From an uncultured bacterium (GTDB lineage: Bacteria > SAR324 > NAC60-12): DNA of 33,023 nucleotides. Each line of letters begins with the position of its first letter. The stretch's first letter is position 1. The notes beneath the pieces are model-generated. The model saw only the letters and a program-made list of their open reading frames with translations, was not told the origin of the DNA and made no database searches. This document shows positions 1 through 8,788 of the stretch, piece by piece. Position numbers and translations under genes: made by a program. The stretch covers positions 1 through 33,023 of the forward strand of contig CAXGMD010000036.1 of the NCBI GenBank assembly GCA_964010765.1, read 5' to 3'.

Positions 1-1197
1 ATGACCATACAACGTTCATATCACCCCCTGTTTCCTCTGAAGTATGGCTGCAATCCGCATCAGCAACCAGCAGCCCTACTGTCAACAAGGCAATCTCCGT
101 TACCGTTTGAGGTGCTTAATGGTCGACCAGGCTACATCAACCTCCTGGATGCCCTGAACGCCTGGCAGTTGGTTTGGGAATTGGATCAGTCCCTGAACCT
201 GCCCGCTGCAGCTTCCTTCAAGCATGTGAGTCCAGCAGGGGCTGCTGTTGGCACTCCGCTCAGTGAGGTTCTTGAGGAAGTCTATGACTGCCAGGATAAG
301 GACCTGAGCGAGTTGGCTGTGGCCTATCTACGGGCACGGGGTGCCGATCCCTTATCGTCCTTTGGTGACTTCATCGCACTGAGTCGCAAGGTTGACCTTT
401 CGACGGCAAAGATCATTCGTACCCAGGTTTCTGATGGCCTGATTGCACCAGCGTTTGAACCAGAGGCTCTAGAAATACTGAAAGCTAAAAAAGGGGGTGG
501 TTATGTGGTCTTACAGTCTGATTCTCAATATTCCGGCCCGGATGAGGAATTTCGTGAAATCTATGGGGTGGTCTTTCAACAACAGCGAAATAATCTGCTG
601 CTGAACGCCGAGAATTTACTGGGGGAGCTCGTTACTGAGAACAAGAATCTACCCACCAACGTTCAACGTGATCTGGTACTCGCTGCGATCACACTAAAGT
701 ACACACAGTCCAATTCGGTTGGTTATGCACTGGATGGACAGATGATTGGCATTGGAGCAGGCCAGCAGAGCCGGATTGACTGTACGAAGCTTGCTGGACG
801 CAAGGCTGATCTCTGGTTCTTGCGGCAACATCCCAAGGTGCGATCCCTACCCTTTGCGGATGGAGTGAAAGCGGTAGACCGTACAAATGCGCGAGTAGCC
901 TATATTGAAGGGGAAATGACGCCACCAGAAAAACAAGCATGGCTCCAGCTCTTCCATCAACCCCCTCCCTTGCTGGATTCTGAGCAAAAACAGGAATGGC
1001 TCACTCAGCTCCAGGGGGTGGCTCTGGCTTCTGATGCTTTCTTCCCTTTCCGAGACAATCTGGATCAGGCCTCTCGGCACGGTGTGAAGTATGTGGTACA
1101 GCCAGGAGGAAGCAACCGGGACGAGCAGGTCATCACAGCCGCCAATGAGTATGGCATGACCATGGCCTTCTCCAAGATTCGGCTCTTCCACCATTGA
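1..1197 (+). CDS. purH: AICAR transformylase (short-form PurH, apparently lacking the N-terminal IMP cyclohydrolase domain)
   Basis: Motifs LKYGCNPHQ, SFKHVSPAGAAVG, RGADPLSSFGDF, KYTQSNSV, GAGQQSRIDC, SDAFFPFRD, QPGGS and terminal RLFHH. The ATG is at window position 1, so the true N-terminus is unverified. Confidence 0.9.
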   Translation: MTIQRSYHPLFPLKYGCNPHQQPAALLSTRQSPLPFEVLNGRPGYINLLDALNAWQLVWELDQSLNLPAAASFKHVSPAGAAVGTPLSEVLEEVYDCQDKDLSELAVAYLRARGADPLSSFGDFIALSRKVDLSTAKIIRTQVSDGLIAPAFEPEALEILKAKKGGGYVVLQSDSQYSGPDEEFREIYGVVFQQQRNNLLLNAENLLGELVTENKNLPTNVQRDLVLAAITLKYTQSNSVGYALDGQMIGIGAGQQSRIDCTKLAGRKADLWFLRQHPKVRSLPFADGVKAVDRTNARVAYIEGEMTPPEKQAWLQLFHQPPPLLDSEQKQEWLTQLQGVALASDAFFPFRDNLDQASRHGVKYVVQPGGSNRDEQVITAANEYGMTMAFSKIRLFHH

Positions 1198-1209
1198 GTT
1201 GTAGCGAAT

Positions 1210-2616
1210 TCAGCAGATATCCAGAAAGCTCTGGAGGCGAGAGTTGGGCTGCAAACGGTCGATTGCTCGGGTAGCTGCCACATAGATCATATTGACCTCT
1301 TCGGTGGCGAGTTCTTCCCGTGGCAAGGGACGTCCTTCACGTACCAGCACTGGGAAGTCATCTGCCAGAAATACTTGGGCAAACTCCAGTCCTTTGGCCT
1401 TGTGCACTGTAGAGAAGAGGACTTCGGCCTCCTCCTGAGCTACTGACTGTTCCAACATTTCCTCGACCAACTCTGGAATCATTCCCTGGTGTTTTTCCAC
1501 TAACCGGCAACGCCCAAGCCACTCAAAGTCCTCCACTTGAGTGGCGTAGTTCCTTAGTGCTTCATAGGAACTGAATGTCTTCAGATAAGAGTCTCGCACT
1601 TCTTTCTTGCGTCCTTCAAACAACTTCCAAGTTTCCGTGATCACAGGCAGCTGATAGCCCTGTACTCCACCGACAAAGCCAAACTTGCGTAGTCCCAGAT
1701 ATTGAGTGGCCTGGTCGAAAAGAGCTGCATTCGTGCGTGCCAAGTAGGCAAAAGGACTGCCTTGCACTCTACCAAGTTGATCGGTTTTCTCTGCACCTCG
1801 GATAGCATTAGATTCTGCTTTGAACTGACGCAATACACTGGTCGCAGCCTGGGCGATGGTAGGGCCAAAGCGAAAGGACTGGGTCAGGTATCGCGTGGCG
1901 TTCACTGGTACTTTGGAGAGCACATCGATAGCTCCCCGAAACTGATAGATGGCCTGATGCGGATCTCCCACCATGATCTTGGCACACGTCTGTTGCAACA
2001 GTAATTGAGCTGTTACGGGGTTCGTGTCCTGCGCTTCATCCAGCAGAATGATGTGATAGGGCAGCTCGGGTTTTGAAAGCTGAAAAAGCTTGAGGTAGCC
2101 GTCATGCAGCATCGGTACTTCATGCTGTGGATCACTCATGCGCACCCACAACTCTCGTGCTTGTTGCACAAAATCTGGCAAATGCTTAGGACCAAAGTGA
2201 GTCCGAGCGATGGTTGGTACGTGGGCGCTATGGAGTCGAGGATCGGCCGATACAAGAAAATTCTGCAAAGTATCAATCACAAAGCGAGCAACCTCGTGCT
2301 GGTCCAGATTCAACCAGTCCATCACTTGATTGGCGCGTATCTGATTAACGAGCTTGTGCCGAAATCGAAGCCCTTCACTACGCCAGGCCAACGAATGGAT
2401 CGTTCGACAATGCACGTTTGTAGGAAAACGCTGCTCAGCCTCCTGCTGGACAGACTTGTTGAAGGCCACATAAAGTAGCCTGAGGCTCGGGCGGGCTCGG
2501 GCGAATTGTTCAAGGACAGTGGTTTTGCCAGTTCCTGCGAAGGCCACCACTTTAAGGATTTCTCCGTGGCGTAAGGGAAAATCGACAATGTCCCGCTGTT
2601 CGGCGGTGAGTTCCAT
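1210..2616 (-). CDS. UvrD-like superfamily 1 DNA helicase (FBH1-like, compact)
   Basis: Walker A AFAGTGKT, YVAFNK, DEAQD, VGDPHQAIYQFRG, LTQSFRFG, TVHKAKGLEF and YVAATRA motifs. Confidence 0.9.
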   Translation of the reverse strand: MELTAEQRDIVDFPLRHGEILKVVAFAGTGKTTVLEQFARARPSLRLLYVAFNKSVQQEAEQRFPTNVHCRTIHSLAWRSEGLRFRHKLVNQIRANQVMDWLNLDQHEVARFVIDTLQNFLVSADPRLHSAHVPTIARTHFGPKHLPDFVQQARELWVRMSDPQHEVPMLHDGYLKLFQLSKPELPYHIILLDEAQDTNPVTAQLLLQQTCAKIMVGDPHQAIYQFRGAIDVLSKVPVNATRYLTQSFRFGPTIAQAATSVLRQFKAESNAIRGAEKTDQLGRVQGSPFAYLARTNAALFDQATQYLGLRKFGFVGGVQGYQLPVITETWKLFEGRKKEVRDSYLKTFSSYEALRNYATQVEDFEWLGRCRLVEKHQGMIPELVEEMLEQSVAQEEAEVLFSTVHKAKGLEFAQVFLADDFPVLVREGRPLPREELATEEVNMIYVAATRAIDRLQPNSRLQSFLDIC

Positions 2617-2730
2617 GCAGATTGAGCTTAGGAAGGCGTGACTGGCAGAGGAAACTTTGAAAAGCTTTATAGGCTAGCAGAAGAGAGCGGAGGTGCGAGT
2701 GAAAAAAGACAGAAGCGGATTAGACGAGGT

Positions 2731-3378
2731 TTACTCTTCGACTGGCAGGATGATCAATTCTACTCGATTGTTGAGAACACGCTGAATTTCGGAGTCATTG
2801 CGGAAACGCGGACGATTCGCCCCAAAGGCCTTAGCCGTCACCTTATCCGCTTCCAGGCCTGTTTCGATCAAGAATCTTGCAACTCGAGCCGCACGAGCAC
2901 CAGACAGTTCCCAGCCTGAAGACCATTTTGTCAGCGGGGTGTTGTCGGTGTGACCTTCAATCTGGATTGGATTCGGCAGTAGGAAGAGCAATTGGGCAAA
3001 GCGCTGAAGCTCTTTGCGGGCGTCCGCTGTCAATTCGCTGGATTCCGGCTCGAAGAAGGCCTGAGCACTGAAGGAAACGACTACTCCACGAGCTTCTGCT
3101 GTCACGTTGGTGCTGTCGCCCAGCTCGGTATTTTCAACATTCTTCGAGATTTGCTCCACCATGGAATCATTGCCCTCTTCCATGAATGGAGTACCTGCCG
3201 GCAAGGGCTTAAAGCTTTCAGCAACACTCTTGAACTTCTCAATCTCATACTTGCACATTGAGAAGAGCAGAATGAAGAAGCACAACAGTAAGGTAACCAG
3301 ATCTCCATACGTGAAAATCCAGCCATCCTTGAACTCCTCACAGACCGGACAATCTTCTTCATCAATTGGAATACCCAT
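2731..3378 (-). CDS. motB: MotB/PomB-family stator subunit with OmpA-like peptidoglycan-binding domain (downstream paralogue)
   Basis: TM segment WIFTYGDLVTLLLCFFILLFS with the conserved Asp; OmpA-like motifs IEGHTDN, WELSGARA and NNRVELII. Confidence 0.9.
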   Translation of the reverse strand: MGIPIDEEDCPVCEEFKDGWIFTYGDLVTLLLCFFILLFSMCKYEIEKFKSVAESFKPLPAGTPFMEEGNDSMVEQISKNVENTELGDSTNVTAEARGVVVSFSAQAFFEPESSELTADARKELQRFAQLLFLLPNPIQIEGHTDNTPLTKWSSGWELSGARAARVARFLIETGLEADKVTAKAFGANRPRFRNDSEIQRVLNNRVELIILPVEE

Positions 3379-4038
3379 GCAGTTCGTATCCGTTGGTTTA
3401 GGGAATCAGCGCTGCATGTCTTCAGGCATCAGCAGGATCTCAACACGGCGATTGAGCGAGCGCTTGTAAGCTGTGTCGCCGAAGAAGCGTGGACGGGAAT
3501 CACCGAAGCCAGCTACTTGAATCCGCTTGGTTGGAATTCCCTTCGATTCCAAATAGGTTGCAATCGCGCTGGCTCGGCCAATCGACATTTCCCAGTTGGA
3601 TGGGAAGCGATCATTGACATCAGTAGGATCCGTATGTCCTGAAATCAGGATGTCGTTGGGCAACGGGCCAATCGTTGGTAACATTTTGTCAATGGTCTCC
3701 TTGACTTCCCGGCTCAACTCGATGGATCCCTGGGCAAAGGCGACATTTCGGCTGAAGGAGACTTCAACCCCTTCTTTTCCTGCACTTACGTTCACGCTGT
3801 CGGGCATATCCATCTTTTCCAACTCCTGAGCTGCATGCTCCAAGTTAGAAGATCGCCCACTGAAAAGAAACGGGCTTCCTGGCGGAAGTGAACGGAAACT
3901 ATCAGAGATTTGCTTGAGTTTGTGATCGTCGATCTTGCAGAGTGAGAAGAGCAGGATGAAGAAGCACAGCAGCAGGGTGACCAGATCTCCATACGTAAAA
4001 ATCCAGCCGTCCTTGAATTCCTCACATACCGGGCAATC
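3259..4038. repeat. Imperfect 96-bp direct repeat (3259-3354 and 3943-4038) encoding the identical 32-aa segment of the two motB genes
   Basis: Manual alignment gives 86/96 identical nt. All 10 differences are silent because the peptide DCPVCEEFKDGWIFTYGDLVTLLLCFFILLFS is identical. Confidence 0.85.
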
Positions 4039-4062
4039 GTCGGAATCGATGATTTGTCCCAT
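3406..4062 (-). CDS. motB: MotB/PomB-family stator subunit with OmpA-like domain (upstream paralogue)
   Basis: Same TM motif WIFTYGDLVTLLLCFFILLFS; motifs ISGHTD, SNWEMSIGRA and LNRRVEILL. Confidence 0.9.
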   Translation of the reverse strand: MGQIIDSDDCPVCEEFKDGWIFTYGDLVTLLLCFFILLFSLCKIDDHKLKQISDSFRSLPPGSPFLFSGRSSNLEHAAQELEKMDMPDSVNVSAGKEGVEVSFSRNVAFAQGSIELSREVKETIDKMLPTIGPLPNDILISGHTDPTDVNDRFPSNWEMSIGRASAIATYLESKGIPTKRIQVAGFGDSRPRFFGDTAYKRSLNRRVEILLMPEDMQR

Positions 4063-4092
4063 GCATTCTCCAACTTGGGGTAGTCAGCGAGA

Positions 4093-4914
4093 TCAGCCTT
4101 CGCCGCCACCGCCTTGGTTTTCAAACTTCAGCGCTTCGTACATTGCCTTCTTGTCGGGTGGGAGGTAGTTCATCAAGTCAGACTCGATGAAATCTGGTCG
4201 CTCACCGCGCTCAATGTACAGCACACCGTCCTTGATCATCTCCATTAACGTCTTGTACTCAGCATTGTAGATGTCGAGTTTACCCTTACACGGATTGAAA
4301 ATAACGTTAGCGAAGAGCGACCCGTAGAACGTTGTGATCAAAGCAACCGCCATCGCAGGACCAATCGCAGAGGGATCATCCAGGTTCTGGAGTAGAAGCA
4401 CCAAGCCAACGAGTGTTCCTAACATCCCCCAGGCAGGGCAGAGAGAACCCATCGTCCCAAGTACAGCTGCCTCACTGTCCTTGCCGGCCATGGTGAACTT
4501 CATTTCGTGAGACATCATATCAACGATTGCCTGTCGGTCGACTCGGTCCACAACCAGCCGCAATCCACTGCGGAGAAAGAGGTTTTCGATGCTGGGCAAA
4601 GCGTCTTCGATAGCAAGAATGTTCTTTCTAGCGATCTTTGCAACATCGACAATCAGAGTCAGAGTCTCTACCAACTGTACGTTATTAGGCTTCCAGGTAG
4701 CCCCAATGCTCTTGCCAAAAGTCTTTGCTTCATCCATCGGGTGGAGAATGAAGGTGGAGGCGATCGTTCCTCCAAAAACAATCATCAAAGAGGGTACATC
4801 AACAAAGTAGCCCAGCTTACCTATATCTAGGCTAAAGTTGACGAAGTCGAAGGTCATTGCGACCACCAGTAACACCCAGGCAAGGATGTTACCGATTAGG
4901 GTTCCCTGTTCCAT
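4093..4914 (-). CDS. motA: MotA/PomA-family stator subunit
   Basis: Motifs DVPSLMIVFGGT, FLRSGLRLVVD, PAWGMLGTLVGLV and GPAMAVALITTFYG; AGGAG RBS upstream. Confidence 0.92.
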   Translation of the reverse strand: MEQGTLIGNILAWVLLVVAMTFDFVNFSLDIGKLGYFVDVPSLMIVFGGTIASTFILHPMDEAKTFGKSIGATWKPNNVQLVETLTLIVDVAKIARKNILAIEDALPSIENLFLRSGLRLVVDRVDRQAIVDMMSHEMKFTMAGKDSEAAVLGTMGSLCPAWGMLGTLVGLVLLLQNLDDPSAIGPAMAVALITTFYGSLFANVIFNPCKGKLDIYNAEYKTLMEMIKDGVLYIERGERPDFIESDLMNYLPPDKKAMYEALKFENQGGGGEG

Positions 4915-4926
4915 GAAGCAATACTC

Positions 4927-6924
4927 CTACGAGTCTAGGGAGGTTGGGTGTGCGGTAGCCCTGAGGGCTTCCAATTCAGTCTCAAAGTTTCCCGAAAGGA
5001 TCGGGAAGCGACACCATGTTTTCGGATCCAGATTTTCTTCGTCCAAATGAAAGGACGGTGCCAGACGCTCTCGTTTCCATTGGTTGCGACACCAGAGACG
5101 GAAAAAGCGCTCTGTGTAATGTGCTAGCTGAACCGGCGGAAGCTCTGGGAAACGCTCCTGCAGGTCCTGCCAAATCTCTAGTGGCCAGCGATGTTCTCGA
5201 ATTGCCTCACGCTCAATTGCATCCAACACATGGTAGGGCATCAAATCATCTTCGTCGGACTGTGCTGCAGCAAGGGGTCGCAATTCCGCCGTCGGTTCCT
5301 GCTCGTTCACACAATGCAAAAAGGGCAGCGAACCGATCGTTGGCAATCCTTCTTTTTCTAACCAACGCAACCATTCGCGCAGGTAGGCTTTGTCTATGCC
5401 CCCAAGCGGGCTAAGCCCTCCTGCCGTATCCCCATCCATGGTTGCGTAACCCACAGCAGCCTCACTCCGATTACTAGTAGATAACAGCAGTGCACCGTGA
5501 AGATTCGTCAGAAACCAAGCTCCTGGAGCTCGGACCCGAGCCTGAATGTTCTGCAAGGCCAAATCGTCTTGCTGCCAGTCCAGCGGTCGTTCCAGTTGCT
5601 GCTCCATCCAACCACGGTGTTGATCCAGCAAGGGTTGGATATCGTATTCGAAGTGTCGGGCACCGACCGATTCACAAACTGTGCGTGCAGCAGACCGTGT
5701 AGTTGCTGAAGAATTCTCACTTGACTGGTAGATGGTTAGCAATAAGCGTGACATCAACTCCGTGAGTGAAATATCGGCTGGTAGGCCCATTGACCAGAGC
5801 CTTGTCAGGTATTCAACCAGCTTGGCACGGCCCATTTCTTCATCAGCGAGACGCAACATCAGGTAAACCAATACCACCAGACTGGAGGAATCCGCACCAC
5901 CACTGGCTGAAACCACAAAACCACGACTGCGACTCTTGCGCAGATAGTCCCACAGTCCGAGACTCACTGCGTGAGTAAATTCCTCATGCTTACTCGGAGA
6001 TGGCGCCAATAGTTTCACTGTAGATTTCAGAGAAATGGGTAAAGATTTCCAGGAAAACGGGCAGAAAATGCAGTGAGGTGACGGTTCTGACGTAGCCCGA
6101 ACGGGCAGCTTGCTACGATCCAGACGTGTCAGGCGCAGATCCACAATTGCTGTCGTCATCTGGAATTCTGTAAAGGAAAAGTAACGACCAGATGCTACCA
6201 TTCCCTGCCGACCATGAGCAATCAAAGTGCTGCCTTCGTAGATGATTCTGCCAGCCTCATTTCCCAGCAGATTGGCATAGAGATACGTCGTAGCCGTCGA
6301 ACGGGCGGACTCTGTGACCAGTTGTTGTCGCAACTGGATCTTACCAAAACTGAATGGACTGGCGCTTGGATTGAGGATCAGATCCACATCCTGAGAAGCC
6401 AAGCGCTGAGCTGGACGAGAGGTACCCCAAGCATCTTCGCAGATCTCCATCCCAATTCGCACACCTCCTAGATCAAAGCAGATATCTCCAAACGGCACTT
6501 GCAGGCCATCCCGCTCCAGCAGTTCCTGCTTGCCTGGCATCCAAGGCTGGAACCAACGCGGCTCATAAAACAGGTCGTGCTGAGGCAATGTCTGCTTACA
6601 GACCAGCCCCACCAACTGCTGATGCGCTAGTAGTGCTGCTGCATTGTAAGTCTGCTTGCGAACACGCAACGGCACCCCAAGAACAACGACCATCTCATTG
6701 GTGAGCGGTAGCAGTGACAACAGTTGCTCCCAAGCATAATCATGCAGCTGTTCCGCATGAAAAACATCTTCGCAGCCATATCCGGTCAAACAAAGCTCTG
6801 GCAGCAGTAGCAGTTGCACTTCCTGCTGACGTGCCTGTTCAATTGCCTGACGAATGCGGCGAAGATTACCGGGCCAGTCCAGTGGGGTTTGATTTAGTGT
6901 TGCAGCAGCAACTCGGAGTTTCAT
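4927..6924 (-). CDS. nadE: Glutamine-dependent NAD+ synthetase (nitrilase domain plus synthetase domain)
   Basis: Nitrilase triad contexts PELCLTGY, CKQTLP and EICED; synthetase motifs SGGADSS, SNRSEAAVGYATMDGD and PTAELRP. ATG at 6924 preferred over TTG at 6936. Confidence 0.93.
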   Translation of the reverse strand: MKLRVAAATLNQTPLDWPGNLRRIRQAIEQARQQEVQLLLLPELCLTGYGCEDVFHAEQLHDYAWEQLLSLLPLTNEMVVVLGVPLRVRKQTYNAAALLAHQQLVGLVCKQTLPQHDLFYEPRWFQPWMPGKQELLERDGLQVPFGDICFDLGGVRIGMEICEDAWGTSRPAQRLASQDVDLILNPSASPFSFGKIQLRQQLVTESARSTATTYLYANLLGNEAGRIIYEGSTLIAHGRQGMVASGRYFSFTEFQMTTAIVDLRLTRLDRSKLPVRATSEPSPHCIFCPFSWKSLPISLKSTVKLLAPSPSKHEEFTHAVSLGLWDYLRKSRSRGFVVSASGGADSSSLVVLVYLMLRLADEEMGRAKLVEYLTRLWSMGLPADISLTELMSRLLLTIYQSSENSSATTRSAARTVCESVGARHFEYDIQPLLDQHRGWMEQQLERPLDWQQDDLALQNIQARVRAPGAWFLTNLHGALLLSTSNRSEAAVGYATMDGDTAGGLSPLGGIDKAYLREWLRWLEKEGLPTIGSLPFLHCVNEQEPTAELRPLAAAQSDEDDLMPYHVLDAIEREAIREHRWPLEIWQDLQERFPELPPVQLAHYTERFFRLWCRNQWKRERLAPSFHLDEENLDPKTWCRFPILSGNFETELEALRATAHPTSLDS

Positions 6925-7042
6925 GACTGCTTCCAAGCGATTAGATAGTAGGTGAACAAAATCAGTAGATCAGATCTCGATTAGGTCAGCAAGTATCACC
7001 TTTTCAGAGGCACTAGATCGAGCACGTTGGGATTTGAAGACA

Positions 7043-7456
7043 TCAAGGAGCAGCCAGCGAGTTTGGCCATGTTTCACTACACCAACGAAGCTCTACAGCA
7101 GCCTCATCCAATAAAGCTGCTATAGGAACGGAGGGCTTGTGTAGACAGACTCGGATGTACTCAAGCTTTGGGAATTCTGCGCGGAGACGTTCAACAATCG
7201 CATCGGCTAGTGACTCCAGCAACTTGAATCTACGCTGTTCACAAAGCTCACGGATTTGTTCACAAAGCTCTGCGTAGGATACCGTGTGCGACAATTCATC
7301 AGTCCAAGGCTCTGATGGCGGATGGAACGCACACTCCAAGTCCAGTACAAAGCGTTGTCCCAAAGTGGCTTCTTCTGGCAGTACTCCATGATGGGCGTGG
7401 AAGCGTAGTTGTTGAAGACGAATCCAAAAGCACTTGGAAGCGGTCAGAGATGGCAT
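7043..7456 (-). CDS. folB: Dihydroneopterin aldolase
   Basis: Motifs FHAHHGVLPEE, GQRFVLDL, TVSYAEL, FKLLESLA and HKPSVPI. Confidence 0.9.
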   Translation of the reverse strand: MPSLTASKCFWIRLQQLRFHAHHGVLPEEATLGQRFVLDLECAFHPPSEPWTDELSHTVSYAELCEQIRELCEQRRFKLLESLADAIVERLRAEFPKLEYIRVCLHKPSVPIAALLDEAAVELRWCSETWPNSLAAP

Positions 7457-7547
7457 AGTTACAGGGACGATTCTGGTTGCAGATTTGGGCAGGGACGGGT
7501 ACCTTTCACCGGTTTACAGACTCCAATAATCTTCAGAAAGAAACAGG

Positions 7548-8759
7548 ATGGCGTTACTGGAAGGTCGAAGGATTGCCCTGGTTCACGATTGGTTGACCGG
7601 TATGCGTGGCGGAGAAAAGTGCCTAGAGGTGTTCTGTGAACTTTTTCCCCAGGCAGACCTCTATACGCTTGTGCATCAGACAGGTAGCGTCTCACCTACA
7701 ATTGCGGAGATGCCGATCTACACATCTTTCCTGCAGCACATTCCTGGAGGCATCAAGCACTACCGCTACTTTTTGCCGCTCTTTCCAACAGCGATTGAAG
7801 CTTTTGACCTCAGTGACTACGACGTCATCATCAGTTCAAGTCATTGTGCTGCCAAGGGTGTTCGCGTGGGACCCAACACCTATCACTTGTCCTACGTACA
7901 CGCCCCCATGCGCTACATCTGGGACTCTTTCGACCTCTACTTCCGGCGAATGCAGACCTCTCGCTTACAGCGCCTCGGTGGAGAAGCAATGCGGCCTTAT
8001 CTGCGAGAATGGGACAAGTCCAGCGCCAAGCGCGTACACACGTTCCTCTGCAACAGTCGTAACATTCGTCAAAAAATTTTGGAATATTACGACCGCGAAT
8101 CTCAAGTCGTCTATCCACCTGTTGATCTAGAAGTCTTTGTTCCGCAAGGACCGGTGAGCAAGCAGGACTATTACCTGATGGTTGGGGCCTTCGCACCAAA
8201 CAAGCGGGTTGACTTGGCAATCGAAGCCTTCAACCGTTTGGGACTACCCTTGAAAATTGTTGGTACGGGTCAGGATCAGGAATATTGCCAATCCATTGCC
8301 GAACCAAATATCGAATTCCTGGGAGACCGAGCCTCTCACGAACTTCCACCGCTTTATCAGCAGGCCCGGGCTTTCGTTTTTCCGGGGATTGACGACTTTG
8401 GCATCACGCCTTTGGAAGCCCAGGCAGCAGGTACTCCAGTGCTGGCTTTTGCAGGTGGAGGTGCACTGGAGACTGTTAACGAACAGACTGGTATTTTTTT
8501 CAAGGAAGCCCGTGTTGATGCCCTCTGTGCTGCTATTGAGCAAATGGAGCAGACATGGGAGGACTTCGATCCAGTTCAGTTGCGCAAGCAGACCCAACGC
8601 TTTGGGCGTGACCGCTTCGCCCGCCAGATTGCCAATGCTGTGCAATATGGCTATCGTCAGTGGCGCGTTGATCCTGGCCCTGAATCATCGGGCCCCGTGG
8701 ACATTCCTGAAGACGAAGAGCTTCCATCAACAGCAGCCGTGCAGGAAGCTTCTTCCTGA
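7548..8759 (+). CDS. Glycosyltransferase family 4 (GT-B fold)
   Basis: N-terminal motif ALVHDWLTGMRGGEKCL, plus PNKRVDLAI and DDFGITPLEAQAAGTPV; acidic low-complexity C-terminal tail. Confidence 0.9.
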   Translation: MALLEGRRIALVHDWLTGMRGGEKCLEVFCELFPQADLYTLVHQTGSVSPTIAEMPIYTSFLQHIPGGIKHYRYFLPLFPTAIEAFDLSDYDVIISSSHCAAKGVRVGPNTYHLSYVHAPMRYIWDSFDLYFRRMQTSRLQRLGGEAMRPYLREWDKSSAKRVHTFLCNSRNIRQKILEYYDRESQVVYPPVDLEVFVPQGPVSKQDYYLMVGAFAPNKRVDLAIEAFNRLGLPLKIVGTGQDQEYCQSIAEPNIEFLGDRASHELPPLYQQARAFVFPGIDDFGITPLEAQAAGTPVLAFAGGGALETVNEQTGIFFKEARVDALCAAIEQMEQTWEDFDPVQLRKQTQRFGRDRFARQIANAVQYGYRQWRVDPGPESSGPVDIPEDEELPSTAAVQEASS

Positions 8760-8788
8760 TTTCTCGCCGTTGTTTCTGAGCACAGGTA

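Noticed and set aside
2731..4914. Calling motA/motB a canonical Zorya (zorAB) or an ExbBD/TolQR system
   Set aside because: There is no ZorA tail or zorC/zorE, and the MotBs have OmpA-like domains and flagellar-type TM motifs unlike ExbD/TolR.
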